The notes under the pieces were generated by a model. That model was not told the origin of the DNA and did not search any database. It worked only from the letters and a program-made list of their open reading frames with translations. Of a DNA stretch of 64,000 nt, positions 38,201 to 48,936 are shown one piece after another. This DNA is from Eubacteriales bacterium (GTDB taxonomy: Bacteria; Bacillota; Clostridia; Oscillospirales; CAG-272): NCBI GenBank assembly GCA_045126815.1, contig JBGVPD010000014.1, forward strand, positions 220 through 64,219, written 5' to 3'. Each line of letters opens with the position of its first letter. Position 1 is the first letter of the stretch. A program made the position numbers and the translations under genes.

Positions 38201-38882
38201 CCGAAGTCTTTTTCTTGTCATATATTTCAAGATATTTCTTTGCCTTTTCAGCCTCTTTTTCAAGAGGACCTATTCTTCCTTCAAGCTCGAATTTTATATC
38301 GTTTAATCTCAAAAGGTTATCGTTGGTCGAATTAAGCTTACGTTCAGCCTCGTTCTTTTTATAACGGTATTTGGAAATACCTGCCGCTTCTTCAAAAATA
38401 TTTCTTCTTTCTTCGCTTTTTTGAGAAATAATTTCAGCAGCTTTACCCTGGCTGACAATAGAATAACCCGTCTTACCCACACCTGTGTTCATAAACATCT
38501 CGTGAATGTCTTTTAATCTCGCGGGACGTCGGTTTATCATATATTCGCTTTCGCCTGTACGGTAATAGCGTCTTGTAACCTCAACTTCGTCGTAGTCAAC
38601 ATCAATTCTGTTTCCGTCGCCGGTGTTGTCAATAAGCAGAGAAACTTCGGCATAACCCATAGGACTTCTTGATGAAGAACCACCGAAGATAACGTCTTCC
38701 ATTTTTGTTCCTCGAATGTTTTTGCTTGACAGTTCGCCGAGAACCCAGCGCATAGCATCGGAAATGTTTGACTTACCGCTTCCGTTAGGGCCGACTATGA
38801 CAGTCATGCCACTATCAAAATTTATGGTAGTCTTATCAGGAAAAGACTTAAAACCGTGAATTTCAAGTGATTTCAATCGCAT
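35286..38882 (-). CDS. smc: chromosome segregation protein SMC
   Basis: 1198 aa with Walker A GPNGSGKSN, long coiled coils, a hinge, and C-terminal LSGGE plus Walker B. Confidence 0.96.
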   Translation of the reverse strand: MRLKSLEIHGFKSFPDKTTINFDSGMTVIVGPNGSGKSNISDAMRWVLGELSSKNIRGTKMEDVIFGGSSSRSPMGYAEVSLLIDNTGDGNRIDVDYDEVEVTRRYYRTGESEYMINRRPARLKDIHEMFMNTGVGKTGYSIVSQGKAAEIISQKSEERRNIFEEAAGISKYRYKKNEAERKLNSTNDNLLRLNDIKFELEGRIGPLEKEAEKAKKYLEIYDKKKTSDISLWLYDTKEIRDKLKKSEDDYVLSGKELEIVDEAIQSLENQSERLFESSQENKIKSEKNITELQSANEKKFGFESTLKVLENDIEHIKQLKIQSENELSIRKEERKNTEEALNTAKDELTKLQNELSLSEEERNTADNLLENSLLELVELEKSLEQTEAIIREQEENTVSKQIELSSLSGSRSQQDQRYETLKDEIEALQETISILKERAKKSESTVEGYRKKSDEAKELSKNAETELSKLDEKHKELNDKLNTLYIDMASKKQRADALKRMEEHFEGYANSVRFVMTESSKNTLSGIYGPVSKLINVNRKYTVAIETALGGNLQNIVVSDESSAKKAIALLKEKNMGRATFYPLTSIQVQKLNVNIDTLSSLQGYIGIASDLTECDSKFKIVSEFLLGRTVVFDTIDNASSAAKTLNYKVRLVTLDGQLINAGGSYTGGSAKKDSGMLTRTTEIERLQKECEKLSSDADKVNSSIEELNKEKEKLSKTIDSHLGNASLLTSLLNAENTQYEVLKSQIASDEKTLGELKNEIEQLEKADDFYKEKKLGIEKELENINLLIEAGKSELEKQKNVISEKNKEIENLRERNSSSVIRLTENKKDAENLQKTVESTSLMLNSLDERIALGINEVETLNQKQEDAKTKQENIKIDLENVLVYIKELEKEKGDFSEKNDEYEKKMNDIRLKIKEKTNSKDLILRAYTKLESLCQQLKTDLDKSSERIWDEYELTYTTATELNLPEVTSENRNEIFRQLSEYKSKLKGLGHVNVSAIDEYKDVKERYDFMHSQITDLEAAEKQLTDIIFKLEIEMRERFSQAMKDINMHFKTVFKELFGGGTAELVLTNPEDVLTSGIDINVAPPGKIIKNLVSLSGGEQAFVAIALFFAILKVNPTPFCIFDEIESALDEVNVVRFAEYARKYSDATQFIMITHRRGTMESADTLYGVTMYEKGISKVLTVNVRDVEDKLGVKLE

Positions 38883-38921
38883 ATTGTCAATAGCCCCCTT
38901 TCCAATTTTTGTATGTAAAAA

Positions 38922-39938
38922 TCATAGTATGTCTAATTCTATATTATATCCTATAATGTCATTTTTTTCAACAACTTTTATATATTTTATATTATAATTT
39001 TTTATTAATTTTATTTTATTGATCTTTTTCTGACCGATAACTTTTGATGTTGCACCTTTAGGACAATAAATAACAATATTTTGGTTTAAATAAGCCTCTT
39101 TATCGCTGTCAATTATGTTGCATATTTTTTTATAAAAAACATAATTTTCGGCAAGTTCTCCTATAGCTGGGTGATAATCTCCGCCGTATACTATATCGGG
39201 ATCATACAGCTCGTCGCCCGACTGCAGACCTATTCTTATAACATCTTTGCCCTTTTTTTCAAACACAAGCAAGACCTCGCCTGTTCTCTTGATCGCATCG
39301 TCAAGATTAAGGGGAGTGTAAAGTCCTGATCTTGCCATTGAACAAAGCTCTGTTTCTTTTAAAACTACGGTAGGATATACCCTGGCGCCATCGCACAGGG
39401 AGGCGATAATTTCAGCTGTATAAAGCTCTTTTTCGGGAGTTGAAGAGGGAAGTCCTATCATCATTTGTCCGATAAGGGAGAAATTATGCTCTTTAATCAT
39501 TATACAAGCATTTACGGCACATTCCTTAGTGTGACCGCGCTTACATGCTGACAGCACCTCGTCGTCCATAGATTGAAGTCCGAGTTCTATAGTTTTAACT
39601 CCGTAACTCTTTAAAATTGATAAAATTTCGGGGTTAATATAATCGGGACGGGTAGAGAGTCTTATTGAAGAAACGAGTCCTTTTTTGATGTACTTATGGG
39701 CGATATTGAGCAGATAGATCATATCCTCTCTGTCGATTCCCGTAAAGCTTCCGCCGAAAAATGCTATTTCGGTTTCAGAAGAGTCAGTATCAATAGTTGA
39801 AAGAGCATTTTCAATAATATTCTCTATGTCATATTTGTTAAAAGAAGATGTGCCCGAAATGTGTTTCTGATTACAGAAAACACAGTCATTCGGGCAACCT
39901 AAATGCGGTATAAATACCGGTATATTTACGTGTTTCAA
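38922..39938 (-). CDS. radical SAM protein (ELP3-like family)
   Basis: 338 aa with an N-terminal CPNDCVFC (CxxxCxxC) motif. Confidence 0.8.
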   Translation of the reverse strand: MKHVNIPVFIPHLGCPNDCVFCNQKHISGTSSFNKYDIENIIENALSTIDTDSSETEIAFFGGSFTGIDREDMIYLLNIAHKYIKKGLVSSIRLSTRPDYINPEILSILKSYGVKTIELGLQSMDDEVLSACKRGHTKECAVNACIMIKEHNFSLIGQMMIGLPSSTPEKELYTAEIIASLCDGARVYPTVVLKETELCSMARSGLYTPLNLDDAIKRTGEVLLVFEKKGKDVIRIGLQSGDELYDPDIVYGGDYHPAIGELAENYVFYKKICNIIDSDKEAYLNQNIVIYCPKGATSKVIGQKKINKIKLIKNYNIKYIKVVEKNDIIGYNIELDIL

Positions 39939-39970
39939 TTTATTTCTCCGTTTATTTTAAGCAAAAATTA

Positions 39971-40696
39971 TTATGCTTGTCCAAAAAGAGCCAGAGCCTC
40001 TTTTGCGGCATTTTGTTCGGATTCGCGTTTGCTTTTTCCGATACCTTTTCCGATAATGTTGTTGTTTAAATAAGCATTTGTCTCAAATATTCTGTCGTGC
40101 GCAGGGCCCGATTCATTAACAAGCTTATATTCAAGTACGTCTCCGTGTTCCTGCTGAACAAATTGTTGGAGCATTGACTTATAGTCTTTGGTGTTTCCTC
40201 TGGCTATAATATCTTTGATCTCTTCGGTCGTGAAGGGCAGTAAGAAAGATTTTATAGGTTCAATACCGCCGTCGATATACATAGCCGCCAACAACGCTTC
40301 AAAGGCATCGGCAAGTATAGACGCTCTTTCTCTGCCGTTGGTTATCTCTTCTCCGTGACCGAGGAACAGATAGTTGCCCAAAGATATTTCTTTTGCAAAT
40401 TTTGCCAACGCTTTTTCGCAGACAGTACCTGCTCTTACTTTTGAAAGTTCGCCTTCAGGTAAGTCGGGATAGTTCGTATAGAGATATTCGCTGACTATCA
40501 GTGAAAGTATGGAATCACCGAAAAACTCTAAACGCTCGTTACATTCCGACTTGATGTTTTTCGATTTTAATTCGTTCGAAAAAGATGAGTGCGAAAGAGC
40601 TTTTATGAGTATCTGTTTATCCTTAAATGTGTATTTAAGTGACTTTTCCAAAGCTTGAATTGCGTTTGTTATTTCGTTTATATTGTTTGTGTTCAT
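39971..40696 (-). CDS. rnc: ribonuclease III
   Basis: 241 aa with the RNase III signature ERLEFFGDS and a C-terminal dsRBD. Confidence 0.95.
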   Translation of the reverse strand: MNTNNINEITNAIQALEKSLKYTFKDKQILIKALSHSSFSNELKSKNIKSECNERLEFFGDSILSLIVSEYLYTNYPDLPEGELSKVRAGTVCEKALAKFAKEISLGNYLFLGHGEEITNGRERASILADAFEALLAAMYIDGGIEPIKSFLLPFTTEEIKDIIARGNTKDYKSMLQQFVQQEHGDVLEYKLVNESGPAHDRIFETNAYLNNNIIGKGIGKSKRESEQNAAKEALALFGQA

Positions 40697-41712
40697 TTTT
40701 CTTCACCGGAATTTGAAGGTTCTTTTTTGGTAAGTGTTGATGTTTGACGGGCAATTTCTATGATTATTCCCGTATTAACAAAGTAGATCGCCTGTTTAAT
40801 AGCGTTTTTTACGGCTTTAGCATCTGACGAACCGTGAGCTTTGATTACGGGTTTTGAAATACCGAGAAGGGGAGCTCCACCGTATTCGGAGGCATCAAAT
40901 TTTTTCTTGAACGCCTTTAAAGTACCCTTAAGAATAAGGGCTGATGCTTTTGACACTACGTTTGTCGTAAAGAGGGATTTTAACTGTTCGATCATAAAAG
41001 AGCCAAAGCCTTCAGTCATTTTAAGGACGACGTTTCCTGTAAATCCGTCGGTAACGATAACGTCGGATTTAGCGAAAGGTATGTCTCTGCCCTCAATGTT
41101 TCCGATAAAGTTGAGGTCGGATTCGGAAAGCTTTTGATAAGCTTCTCTGTGAAGGTCGGTACCCTTTGTCGGTTCTGATCCGTTATTTAAAAGTCCAACT
41201 GTGGGTTCTTGAATACCGTGAAGTTTTTGCATATAGATAGAACCCATTTTTGCAAATTGTTCAAGGTTTTCGGCAGTAACGTTTATGTTAGCGCCGGAGT
41301 CAACAAGAAGTGTAGGTCTTGCAAGGGGGAGTATAGTTCCTATTGCTGCTCTGAGACCTCTTATTCTTCTTACGATAAACGTAGCGCCCGCCAAGAGTGC
41401 ACCCGTATTTCCCGCGCTTACAAACGCATCGCCTTTACCTTCGGCAAGGAGTTTAAGTCCTACATTCATAGAAGACTTGTTTTTTTCTTTGACAACACTC
41501 ATAGCCGAGTCTTCCATAGTTATAAATTCGGGTGCATCTACGACTTCGATCTTATCCATAGACCAGCCGTTTTCGCCGATAGCCGAAAGTATCTGTATTT
41601 CGTCGCCGACAAGTGTGATATCACAACCGAATTCTTTTACCGCCATAACTGCGCCTTCTACAAAGTATTCGGGGGATTTGTCAGCTCCCATAACATCAAG
41701 TATTATTCTCAT
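40693..41712 (-). CDS. plsX: phosphate acyltransferase PlsX
   Basis: 339 aa of the PlsX family (MGADKSPE...). Its stop overlaps the rnc start. Confidence 0.93.
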   Translation of the reverse strand: MRIILDVMGADKSPEYFVEGAVMAVKEFGCDITLVGDEIQILSAIGENGWSMDKIEVVDAPEFITMEDSAMSVVKEKNKSSMNVGLKLLAEGKGDAFVSAGNTGALLAGATFIVRRIRGLRAAIGTILPLARPTLLVDSGANINVTAENLEQFAKMGSIYMQKLHGIQEPTVGLLNNGSEPTKGTDLHREAYQKLSESDLNFIGNIEGRDIPFAKSDVIVTDGFTGNVVLKMTEGFGSFMIEQLKSLFTTNVVSKASALILKGTLKAFKKKFDASEYGGAPLLGISKPVIKAHGSSDAKAVKNAIKQAIYFVNTGIIIEIARQTSTLTKKEPSNSGEEK

Positions 41713-41744
41713 AAATAATCTCCCTTTAAAGATTTGAGGAATGA

Positions 41745-43076
41745 TTAGATTTCATCTTTTATAGAGTTTATGTATTCAATAGAGCGATTTGCCAAAGCTT
41801 CGTTTCTGAAGCGCTTTCCGCCTTTAACCTTTTGTTCGAGGTTGGCTACAAGTCCGAAATTAGCATTCATAGGTTGGAAGTTTACGACGTTTTTATCGCT
41901 AATATAATGAGCCAAAGCGCCTATTGCCGTTATGTTGGGGAAGTCAATAAGCTCTTCGCCTTTTGCATATCTTGCGGCGTTAACACCTGCAACAAAACCG
42001 CTTGATGCAGATTCAACGTAACCCTCAACGCCCGTCATTTGTCCTGCAAAAAATATGTTTTCGTAATCTCTCATTGAGTAGAATTGATTTAAACACATAG
42101 GAGAGTTTATAAACGTATTTCTGTGCATAACGCCGTAACGTAAAAAGGTAGCGTTTTCAAGACCGGGGATCATTGAAAAAACTCTTTTTTGTTCGCCGAA
42201 AGTCAAGTGGGTTTGAAAACCAACGAGGTTATACATAGTTTTTTCAGCATTTTCTTGACGAAGCTGAATAACCGCATAGGGTTCTTTTCCTGTTTTGGGG
42301 TCAGGCAATCCTACGGGTTTTAGCGGTCCGTATCGAAGGGTATCGTAACCCCTTTTCGCCATAACTTCAACGGGCATACAGCCTTCAAAAACGTTCGGTT
42401 TGTTTTGAGAATCGGAGTCAAACTCTTTAAGTTTTGCCTCTTCTGCGTTTATAAGAGCGTTATAAAAGGCGTCATATTCGTCTTTTGTCATAGGACAGTT
42501 GAGGTATGAAGCTTCACCCTTGCCGTATCTTGATGCAGCATATATTTTATCCATATCAAGAGTAGAATAATCAACTATGGGTGCCGATGCATCAAAAAAT
42601 GACAAATGAGACTTACCCAAAAAGTTTTCAAGATAAGCCGAAAATGAGTCTGAAGTCAAAGGTCCCGTTGCTACGACTGAAATCTCACCGTCGGGGATTG
42701 ACGTGATTTCTTTTTCGACAACTGTTATAAGAGGATTAGATTTAATTGCATTTGTTACATATTCGGAAAACTCATGTCTGTCGACAGCCAAAGCACTTCC
42801 TGCTTCGACCTGTGTCGCGTAAGCCGCCTTTATAATAAGAGAATCCATAAGGTTTAACTCTTCTTTAAGCAAACCGACAGCATTGGTTAACACGTTGCTT
42901 CGAAGAGAGTTTGAGCATACGAGTTCCGCTAAATTGTCCGAAGTGTGAGCCGGCGTTTTTTTATTGGGCTTCATCTCGAAAAGGTTAACTTTAACCCCGC
43001 GTTTAGCTGCTTGATAAGCTGCTTCGCAACCTGCTAAGCCGCCGCCGAAAACGTTAATTTCATTATTCTTCATCAT
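41745..43076 (-). CDS. trmFO: methylenetetrahydrofolate--tRNA-(uracil-5-)-methyltransferase TrmFO
   Basis: 443 aa with FAD motif [12 protein letters not shown] and conserved position after topA. Confidence 0.93.
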   Translation of the reverse strand: MMKNNEINVFGGGLAGCEAAYQAAKRGVKVNLFEMKPNKKTPAHTSDNLAELVCSNSLRSNVLTNAVGLLKEELNLMDSLIIKAAYATQVEAGSALAVDRHEFSEYVTNAIKSNPLITVVEKEITSIPDGEISVVATGPLTSDSFSAYLENFLGKSHLSFFDASAPIVDYSTLDMDKIYAASRYGKGEASYLNCPMTKDEYDAFYNALINAEEAKLKEFDSDSQNKPNVFEGCMPVEVMAKRGYDTLRYGPLKPVGLPDPKTGKEPYAVIQLRQENAEKTMYNLVGFQTHLTFGEQKRVFSMIPGLENATFLRYGVMHRNTFINSPMCLNQFYSMRDYENIFFAGQMTGVEGYVESASSGFVAGVNAARYAKGEELIDFPNITAIGALAHYISDKNVVNFQPMNANFGLVANLEQKVKGGKRFRNEALANRSIEYINSIKDEI

Positions 43077-45357
43077 TTGTTTTTTTAGCTTTTGAGCTTG
43101 TGTCTTCGCGGGTATAGTTACACTTTTCGTTTCTGCAGTATACGAGTTTTTTTCTTTTTTTCATAAGAAGAACGTCACCGCATTCGGGGCATTTTTCGTT
43201 AGTCGGCATATCCCAAGATGAGAAGTTACATTCGGGATATTTCTCGCAACTGTAGAAAGTAATGTGTTTCTTTCCGCCTTGTTTCGTTACTATTTTTGAA
43301 CCGCAAAGAGGGCAGGTAACTCCCGTGTCTTTTACGATCTGTTTTGTGTTGCGGCATTTAGGATAAGCTGAACAAGCATAGAATGAGCCGAATTTGCCTG
43401 TGCGGATAACCATTTCCGAACCGCATATTTCGCATATCATACCTGTTTTTGCTTCTTCTTTTTCTACCTTTTCTTTCTTTTCCTCTTTGGGCTTACCGTC
43501 CTTGTCAAGAGGTTTGGTGTTACGGCACTGGGGATAGTTGGGACAAGCGGCAAATTTGCCATATCTTCCGTTCTTAACTATCATTTTAACTCCGCAGTGT
43601 TCGCAAATGATATCGGTTTCTTCCGGCGGAATTTCAATTTCGCCTCTCTTTGCGGCTTCTTCTGCTTTTGCAAGACATTTTTCAAAACCTTCGTAGAATT
43701 CGGACAATACGTGTAACATATTATCGTTTCCGTTTTCGATAGAGTCAAGTCTGTCTTCAAGTTGAGCCGTAAATTTGTAATCTATTATTTCGGGGAAATT
43801 TTCGATTATAAGTTTTGTCGTCATTTCGCCGAGGTACGTGGGTTTAAGAGACTTACCCTCTCTTGTTACGTAATCTCTGGCAATAATGGTCGTGATAATA
43901 GGTGTATAGGTACTGGGGCGTCCGATGCCTTTTTCTTCAAGCTGTTTTACCAATGAAGCTTCGGTATATCTGGGGGATGGTTCTGTAAAATGCTGTTCGG
44001 GAAGAACCACATCTTTTGTCAAAGTTTCACCCTCGTTGATCTCAATGGGTTTGGTCTGTTTTTCGGTGTCGGAAAATTCACTGTGATCTTCCGGATCGTA
44101 AACCGAAAGGAACCCTTGGAATTTAACGTTATATCCGCTTGAATGGAACATATAACCGTTGGATTCTATCTCGGCATTTACCGTGTTGAGTTGGGCAGAT
44201 GACATCTGTGAAGCCAAAAATCTATCCCAGATAAGCTTGTAAAGTTTATATTGGTCGTTTGAAAGATATTTTCTGATATTATCGGGAACAAATTTCATTG
44301 AAGAGGGACGAATAGCTTCGTGCGCATCCTGAGAATTTGATTTCGATTTATAAAATCTTTTTTGCTGAGGATAGTATTCTTCTCCGAAGGTTTCTTTGAT
44401 ATAAATTTCAGCATTAGCTGCGGCTTCCTGAGAAATTCTGAGCGAGTCTGTACGCATATAGGTTATAAGACCGTGTACGCCGCCGTTTTCACTGCCTAAA
44501 TTTACACCTTCGTAAAGTTCCTGTGCTATCTGCATTATCTTCTGCGAACGGAATCCGAGCTTTTTAGACGCTTCCTGCTGAAGTGTTGAAGTTGTAAAGG
44601 GAGGTGCAGGATTACGGTTTTTAACGGCTTTTTTTACGCTCGTTACTTTGAAATTCGAGTTGTTTACGAGTGCAAAAATTTTATCCGTTTCTTCTTTTGT
44701 GTGAAGCTCGATCTTGCCGTTGTTATCACCGAAAAATACAGCCTTAACGGGCTTACCTTCCGAATTAAGAAGTTTTGCCGTAATAGTCCAATATTCAGTA
44801 GGGACAAACGCCTTGATCTCTTCTTCTCTTTCGACGATAAGACGTGTTGCAACGGACTGAACACGACCTGCGGAAAGTCCGCTTTTAAGTGTCTTCCAAA
44901 GGAAAGGACTTGCCTTGTAACCAACTATTCTGTCAAGAATTCTGCGTGTTTGCTGTGAGTCAACAAGGTCCATATTAATAGGCTTAGGGTTCTTGATCGC
45001 AGCCTTTACAGCGCTTTTTGTAATTTCGTTAAAAGATATTCTTTTAGCCTTATCGGGATCAATACCCAAAGCGTTTGCAAGATGCCACGAGATAGCTTCG
45101 CCTTCGCGGTCAGGGTCAGTTGCGAGGAAGACTTTGTTGGCATTTTTAGCTTCTTTTTTTAGTTCGCTGATGAGAGGACCTTTGCCTCTTATGTTAATAT
45201 ATCGAGCTTCAAAGTTGTTTTCAATATCAACGCCCAAAGAACTCTTGGGAAGGTCGCGAACATGACCTTTTGATGCGGTAACTTTGTAGCCGCTTCCAAG
45301 ATAGCCTTTGATCGTATTAGCCTTAGCGGGAGATTCCACTATAACGAGATTTGACAT
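43063..45357 (-). CDS. topA: DNA topoisomerase I
   Basis: 764 aa with a Toprim domain, active-site region and four C-terminal Zn-ribbon repeats (CEHCG..CPNYPQC, and so on). Confidence 0.96.
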   Translation of the reverse strand: MSNLVIVESPAKANTIKGYLGSGYKVTASKGHVRDLPKSSLGVDIENNFEARYINIRGKGPLISELKKEAKNANKVFLATDPDREGEAISWHLANALGIDPDKAKRISFNEITKSAVKAAIKNPKPINMDLVDSQQTRRILDRIVGYKASPFLWKTLKSGLSAGRVQSVATRLIVEREEEIKAFVPTEYWTITAKLLNSEGKPVKAVFFGDNNGKIELHTKEETDKIFALVNNSNFKVTSVKKAVKNRNPAPPFTTSTLQQEASKKLGFRSQKIMQIAQELYEGVNLGSENGGVHGLITYMRTDSLRISQEAAANAEIYIKETFGEEYYPQQKRFYKSKSNSQDAHEAIRPSSMKFVPDNIRKYLSNDQYKLYKLIWDRFLASQMSSAQLNTVNAEIESNGYMFHSSGYNVKFQGFLSVYDPEDHSEFSDTEKQTKPIEINEGETLTKDVVLPEQHFTEPSPRYTEASLVKQLEEKGIGRPSTYTPIITTIIARDYVTREGKSLKPTYLGEMTTKLIIENFPEIIDYKFTAQLEDRLDSIENGNDNMLHVLSEFYEGFEKCLAKAEEAAKRGEIEIPPEETDIICEHCGVKMIVKNGRYGKFAACPNYPQCRNTKPLDKDGKPKEEKKEKVEKEEAKTGMICEICGSEMVIRTGKFGSFYACSAYPKCRNTKQIVKDTGVTCPLCGSKIVTKQGGKKHITFYSCEKYPECNFSSWDMPTNEKCPECGDVLLMKKRKKLVYCRNEKCNYTREDTSSKAKKTNDEE

Positions 45358-45411
45358 ATATACACCTCATAAATTATGGGATTATTTATTGTTTTTGGGG
45401 GGATTTCAGTC

Positions 45412-46632
45412 TTATGCAAGAACGAAGCTTCCTCCGGGTACAGCCTTTACTATACCTTGTATTTCAAGAATTGTCAATGACGACATTATATCCGAAACGG
45501 AAATATGTGTATTGTTTGCAATTTCCTCGAGCGATTTTGGAGTGCTTTTTGAAAGTGACTCGCAAATCAGTTTTTGTTCTTCTGGAAGATGATCAAATGA
45601 AGCTGAGTCTTCTTTTTCGATCATATCTTCAAATGTTATCGATAAATCAGGTACGGTTTTTAATTCTGCTTTTTTCTGCGGTATTATAACCGTATTTGTG
45701 TCGTCAAAGGGGTTGTTTTTCTTAACCTTTTTAGTGCCGGACAGTTTTATTTTTTCGGGATACAGGAATTCGTATTCTCTTAAAATATCTTCAGCACTTT
45801 GAATGGCTTTAGCACCCGATTTTATAAGGCTGTTTGGGCCTGTGCTGTTATATTCACCGAGTCTGCCGGGAACGGCAAATAAATCTCGGTTTTGTTCAAT
45901 AGTTTTGTGCGCTGTTATCATAGCGCCGCTTTTAATTTGCGATTCAACGATAAGTGTGCCCAAAGAAAGACCGCTTATTATTCTGTTTCTTTGAGGGAAA
46001 GAATAACGAGTAGCTTTTGTTCCGGGCGCGTATTCTGAAATGATCGTTGCGTTAGAACAAAGTCGTTTGTAGATGTCTTCATTTTGTTTAGGGTAGATAA
46101 TGTCAACACCGCATCCCAATACAGCAACGGTTTTTCCACCTGCGTCTAATGCTGCGGTATGGCAGACCGAATCAATTCCCATAGCCATTCCGCTTATAAC
46201 GTAAGCGCCGCTTAAAGATAGGTCAAAAGCTATCTCGTATGCACAACGGCAGCCGTACGAAGAGGGAGTACGCGTACCTACAGTACCTATACAAACCTCT
46301 TTGTCAAATTCGGGAATGGTGCCTTTATAATACAGCAAAACAGGAGGGTTCTTGATGGTCCTCAGTCTTGTTGGGAATAGCTTATTTTCATAGGTTAAAA
46401 TACCTATGTTTTTCATTTGACACTCTTTCAAAATATTTTCTGCTTTTTGTGTGTCCTTGTTAGAGAGGGCTTTGACCTGCCCTTTGGTTAAACTGAACAC
46501 GTTGTTTAATTCGTCTTCGTCAGCGTTAAATATCTTCTCAGCCGAGCCGAAGGTGTGGTATAAAACACTGAATAACGGTGTGTCGGGAGAACATTTTTCG
46601 CTTAACCAGATCCAATATATTAAATTATCCAT
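45412..46632 (-). CDS. dprA: DNA processing protein DprA (long form with C-terminal winged helix)
   Basis: 406 aa with the Rossmann-like DprA core (GMAMGIDSVCHTAAL...). Confidence 0.9.
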   Translation of the reverse strand: MDNLIYWIWLSEKCSPDTPLFSVLYHTFGSAEKIFNADEDELNNVFSLTKGQVKALSNKDTQKAENILKECQMKNIGILTYENKLFPTRLRTIKNPPVLLYYKGTIPEFDKEVCIGTVGTRTPSSYGCRCAYEIAFDLSLSGAYVISGMAMGIDSVCHTAALDAGGKTVAVLGCGVDIIYPKQNEDIYKRLCSNATIISEYAPGTKATRYSFPQRNRIISGLSLGTLIVESQIKSGAMITAHKTIEQNRDLFAVPGRLGEYNSTGPNSLIKSGAKAIQSAEDILREYEFLYPEKIKLSGTKKVKKNNPFDDTNTVIIPQKKAELKTVPDLSITFEDMIEKEDSASFDHLPEEQKLICESLSKSTPKSLEEIANNTHISVSDIMSSLTILEIQGIVKAVPGGSFVLA

Positions 46633-46641
46633 ATTGACTTT

Positions 46642-47424
46642 TTACCTGTAAGTTTCCCAAAGCAAAACAGAGGCAGCCGATGAAACGTTAAGAGACTCGG
46701 CGTCTTTTTCCATAGGAATTATGACCGTTCCCGAACATGCTTGAATGATATCATCATCTAAACCGTGCCCCTCGTTGCCCATAACGAAACAACTGTTTTT
46801 TATATCGGAAACGTTCTGAACGGGAATAGCTTTGTCGGTCAACGCGGTTGCGTAAACCTTAACCCCTGATTTCTTGATTGTTTCTATTGTATTACACAGA
46901 TCATTCGAGGTGTACGTTCTCATTCTGAACATAGCGCCCATAGATGCTCTGATTGTTTTCTGATTATAAATATCGGCGCTGTCGCTTGAAAGAATAAGCG
47001 TCTTTTTGCCGAATGCAGCCGAAGTTCTTGCGATAGTACCTAGGTTACCGGGATCTTGTATACTTGAAAGTATAAGACAGGTATCTGATAGGTCGATATT
47101 GTCGGTGTTTGTATATGTTTTGTGGAGATTATCAATGTATTTTGCTACACAAATAATTCCCTCGGGTGAAAAATTCTCCGACATTTTTTCGCAAACAGAT
47201 TCGGATATAAGTATAGTTTTACTGTGTTTAGCTATATCGGGATATTTTTTATAACACTTTTCTGTCATAAATATACGTTCGATCTCAACGCCGAACGATA
47301 TAGCTTCTCTTGTTAATTTAATACCCTCAAAAAGAAAGGCTCTTCTTTTTTCGCGGTATTTCTTTTCTTTGAGTTTGGCTGTTTCAACAACAAGAGCGTT
47401 GTTTCTGCTCGTTATAATATCCAA
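46642..47424 (-). CDS. TrmH/SpoU family RNA 2'-O-methyltransferase
   Basis: 260 aa with SpoU motifs (QDPGNLGTIART..., MGNEGHGL). TTG start lies 9 nt after AAGGGGG. Confidence 0.85.
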   Translation of the reverse strand: MDIITSRNNALVVETAKLKEKKYREKRRAFLFEGIKLTREAISFGVEIERIFMTEKCYKKYPDIAKHSKTILISESVCEKMSENFSPEGIICVAKYIDNLHKTYTNTDNIDLSDTCLILSSIQDPGNLGTIARTSAAFGKKTLILSSDSADIYNQKTIRASMGAMFRMRTYTSNDLCNTIETIKKSGVKVYATALTDKAIPVQNVSDIKNSCFVMGNEGHGLDDDIIQACSGTVIIPMEKDAESLNVSSAASVLLWETYR

Positions 47425-47511
47425 AAATAAGAGCCCCCTTTTTCAGTGATTTACATATATTTTTTATGCTTGTTTGACAAAATAACACAAAATACAACTT
47501 TGCCTTTTGTA

Positions 47512-47540
47512 GCACAAAAACCCGGGAAAATCCGGGTTTT
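47512..47540 (-). terminator. intrinsic terminator after rplT
   Basis: ACCCGG-gaaaat-CCGGGT flanked by A- and T-runs. Confidence 0.8.
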
Positions 47541-47555
47541 TGGTAGTATTATAAC

Positions 47556-47912
47556 TTATTTAAGTGCTGCTTTAGCTTTTTCTACGATTGCTGCGAAAGC
47601 TTCCTTGTCGGATACAGCAATTTCAGAAAGCATCTTTCTGTTAAGGTTGATGCCAGCAAGCTTAAGACCGTGCATAAGCTGTGAGTAGTTGATTCCGTTA
47701 ACCTTTGCCTGAGCAGAAATTCTGGTGATCCAGAGTGCACGGAAATCTCTCTTCTTCTGTTTTCTTCCGATGTATGCATAGTTGCCACTCTTCATTACAG
47801 CCTGTTTAGCCATCTTGAAGTGTTTGCTCTTTGCGCCCCAGTAGCCTTTAGCGAGCTTGAGGATTTTATTTCTTCTCTTACGAGTCATCATAGCGCCTTT
47901 AACTCTTGCCAT
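47556..47912 (-). CDS. rplT: 50S ribosomal protein L20
   Basis: 118 aa; [26 protein letters not shown] is canonical. Confidence 0.97.
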   Translation of the reverse strand: MARVKGAMMTRKRRNKILKLAKGYWGAKSKHFKMAKQAVMKSGNYAYIGRKQKKRDFRALWITRISAQAKVNGINYSQLMHGLKLAGINLNRKMLSEIAVSDKEAFAAIVEKAKAALK

Positions 47913-47947
47913 TGTTTTGTCCTCCTATTTTTCAATCAATTTATCAA

Positions 47948-48139
47948 TTATTTAATGAGTGTTCTAACTGTCGGTGCCATAGATTCGCTGAGGTATCCAG
48001 CTTTTCTCAAGCTTCTCTTACGCTTTGCGTTCTTAAGACCGAGGTTATGACGGTGATGCGAATGGTTGATTTTTACTTTTCCGCTCTTTGTAAGAGTAAA
48101 TCTCTTAGCAGAGGCGCTGTGTGTTTTCATTTTTCCCAT
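47948..48139 (-). CDS. rpmI: 50S ribosomal protein L35
   Basis: The track ORF was trimmed to ATG 48139 (MGKMKTHSASAKRF...), 9 nt after SD AAAGGAG; 63 aa. Confidence 0.93.
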   Translation of the reverse strand: MGKMKTHSASAKRFTLTKSGKVKINHSHHRHNLGLKNAKRKRSLRKAGYLSESMAPTVRTLIK

Positions 48140-48223
48140 AGTAATGGACTCCTTTCTGGTTTTATGCGTCATTGTACCGATTTGTTTCGGTACCGCAAAA
48201 GTCAATATATTTTGTGTATTATT

Positions 48224-48778
48224 TTATTTCGAGTTCTTGGAGGGAACTATCATCATAGACATAAATCTTCCTTCGAGAACGGGCTGTTTTTCAACAGTTC
48301 CGAATTCCGAACAAGCTTCCTTGAATTGTTCGAGTAACTGCTTACCGATATCCAAGTGAGTCATCTGACGGCCCTTGAACTTGACAATAACTTTTACTTT
48401 GTCTCCGCCCTTAAGAAATCTGTGGGCGTGATTAACTTTAGTGTTGAAATCGTTAACGTCAATTCTGCACGAAAGTTGAATTTCTTTTGTTTCAATAGTC
48501 TGTTGTTTTTTTCTTGCTTCTTTTTCGCGTTTGTCGCGTTCGAAGCGGAATTTGCCGTAGTCCATGATCTTGCATACAGGCGGATCGGACTGAGCGGACA
48601 TAAGCACAAGGTCGAGTCCCTTGTCATAAGCATTTTCCAAAGCGTCAATAAAGCTCAACATACCGAGCTGTTCGCCTTCGTTGGAAATAACTCTGAACAT
48701 CTTTGAATCGGAGCATTTGAGCTCAGTTTTGATGTCTTCGTTAATAATGTTGTCTTTGGCGTTCGTGTTTTTTATTAT
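48224..48778 (-). CDS. infC: translation initiation factor IF-3 (probable non-AUG ATA start)
   Basis: The IF-3 body is clear (PPVCKIMDYGKFRFE...). The in-frame ATG 48793 has no SD. GGAGG (48789-48785) is followed 6 and 9 nt later by ATA ATA codons. The exact start is uncertain. Confidence 0.85.
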   Translation of the reverse strand: MIKNTNAKDNIINEDIKTELKCSDSKMFRVISNEGEQLGMLSFIDALENAYDKGLDLVLMSAQSDPPVCKIMDYGKFRFERDKREKEARKKQQTIETKEIQLSCRIDVNDFNTKVNHAHRFLKGGDKVKVIVKFKGRQMTHLDIGKQLLEQFKEACSEFGTVEKQPVLEGRFMSMMIVPSKNSK

Positions 48779-48930
48779 AAAACACCTCCACATAAAAATA
48801 AAAAAATGCACGAAATCAAAACAACTCCGTACAAAAGTATGTATAGCAAAATAAACCACACATCAATCATATTAACCTATGTCAGTCTGTGCTGCAAAGG
48901 TGAGAACGGAGAGTTCTGCTTCTTTTCTTT
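48779..48930 (-). promoter_or_regulatory. infC-rpmI-rplT leader (candidate L20-responsive leader with attenuator-like T-tract)
   Basis: About 150-nt untranslated leader between a consensus promoter and infC. A short GTACG/CGTGC hairpin is followed by ATTTTTTTATTTTT just upstream of the SD. The family call rests on context, not on motif matching. Confidence 0.4.
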
Positions 48931-48936
48931 CGAGTA

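Noticed and set aside
48779-48859. N-terminal extension of infC in the ORF track (MVYFAIHTFVRSCFDFVHFFIFMWRCF...).
   Set aside because: The extension is hydrophobic junk read through the leader and the SD. IF-3 homology begins only after the GGAGG.
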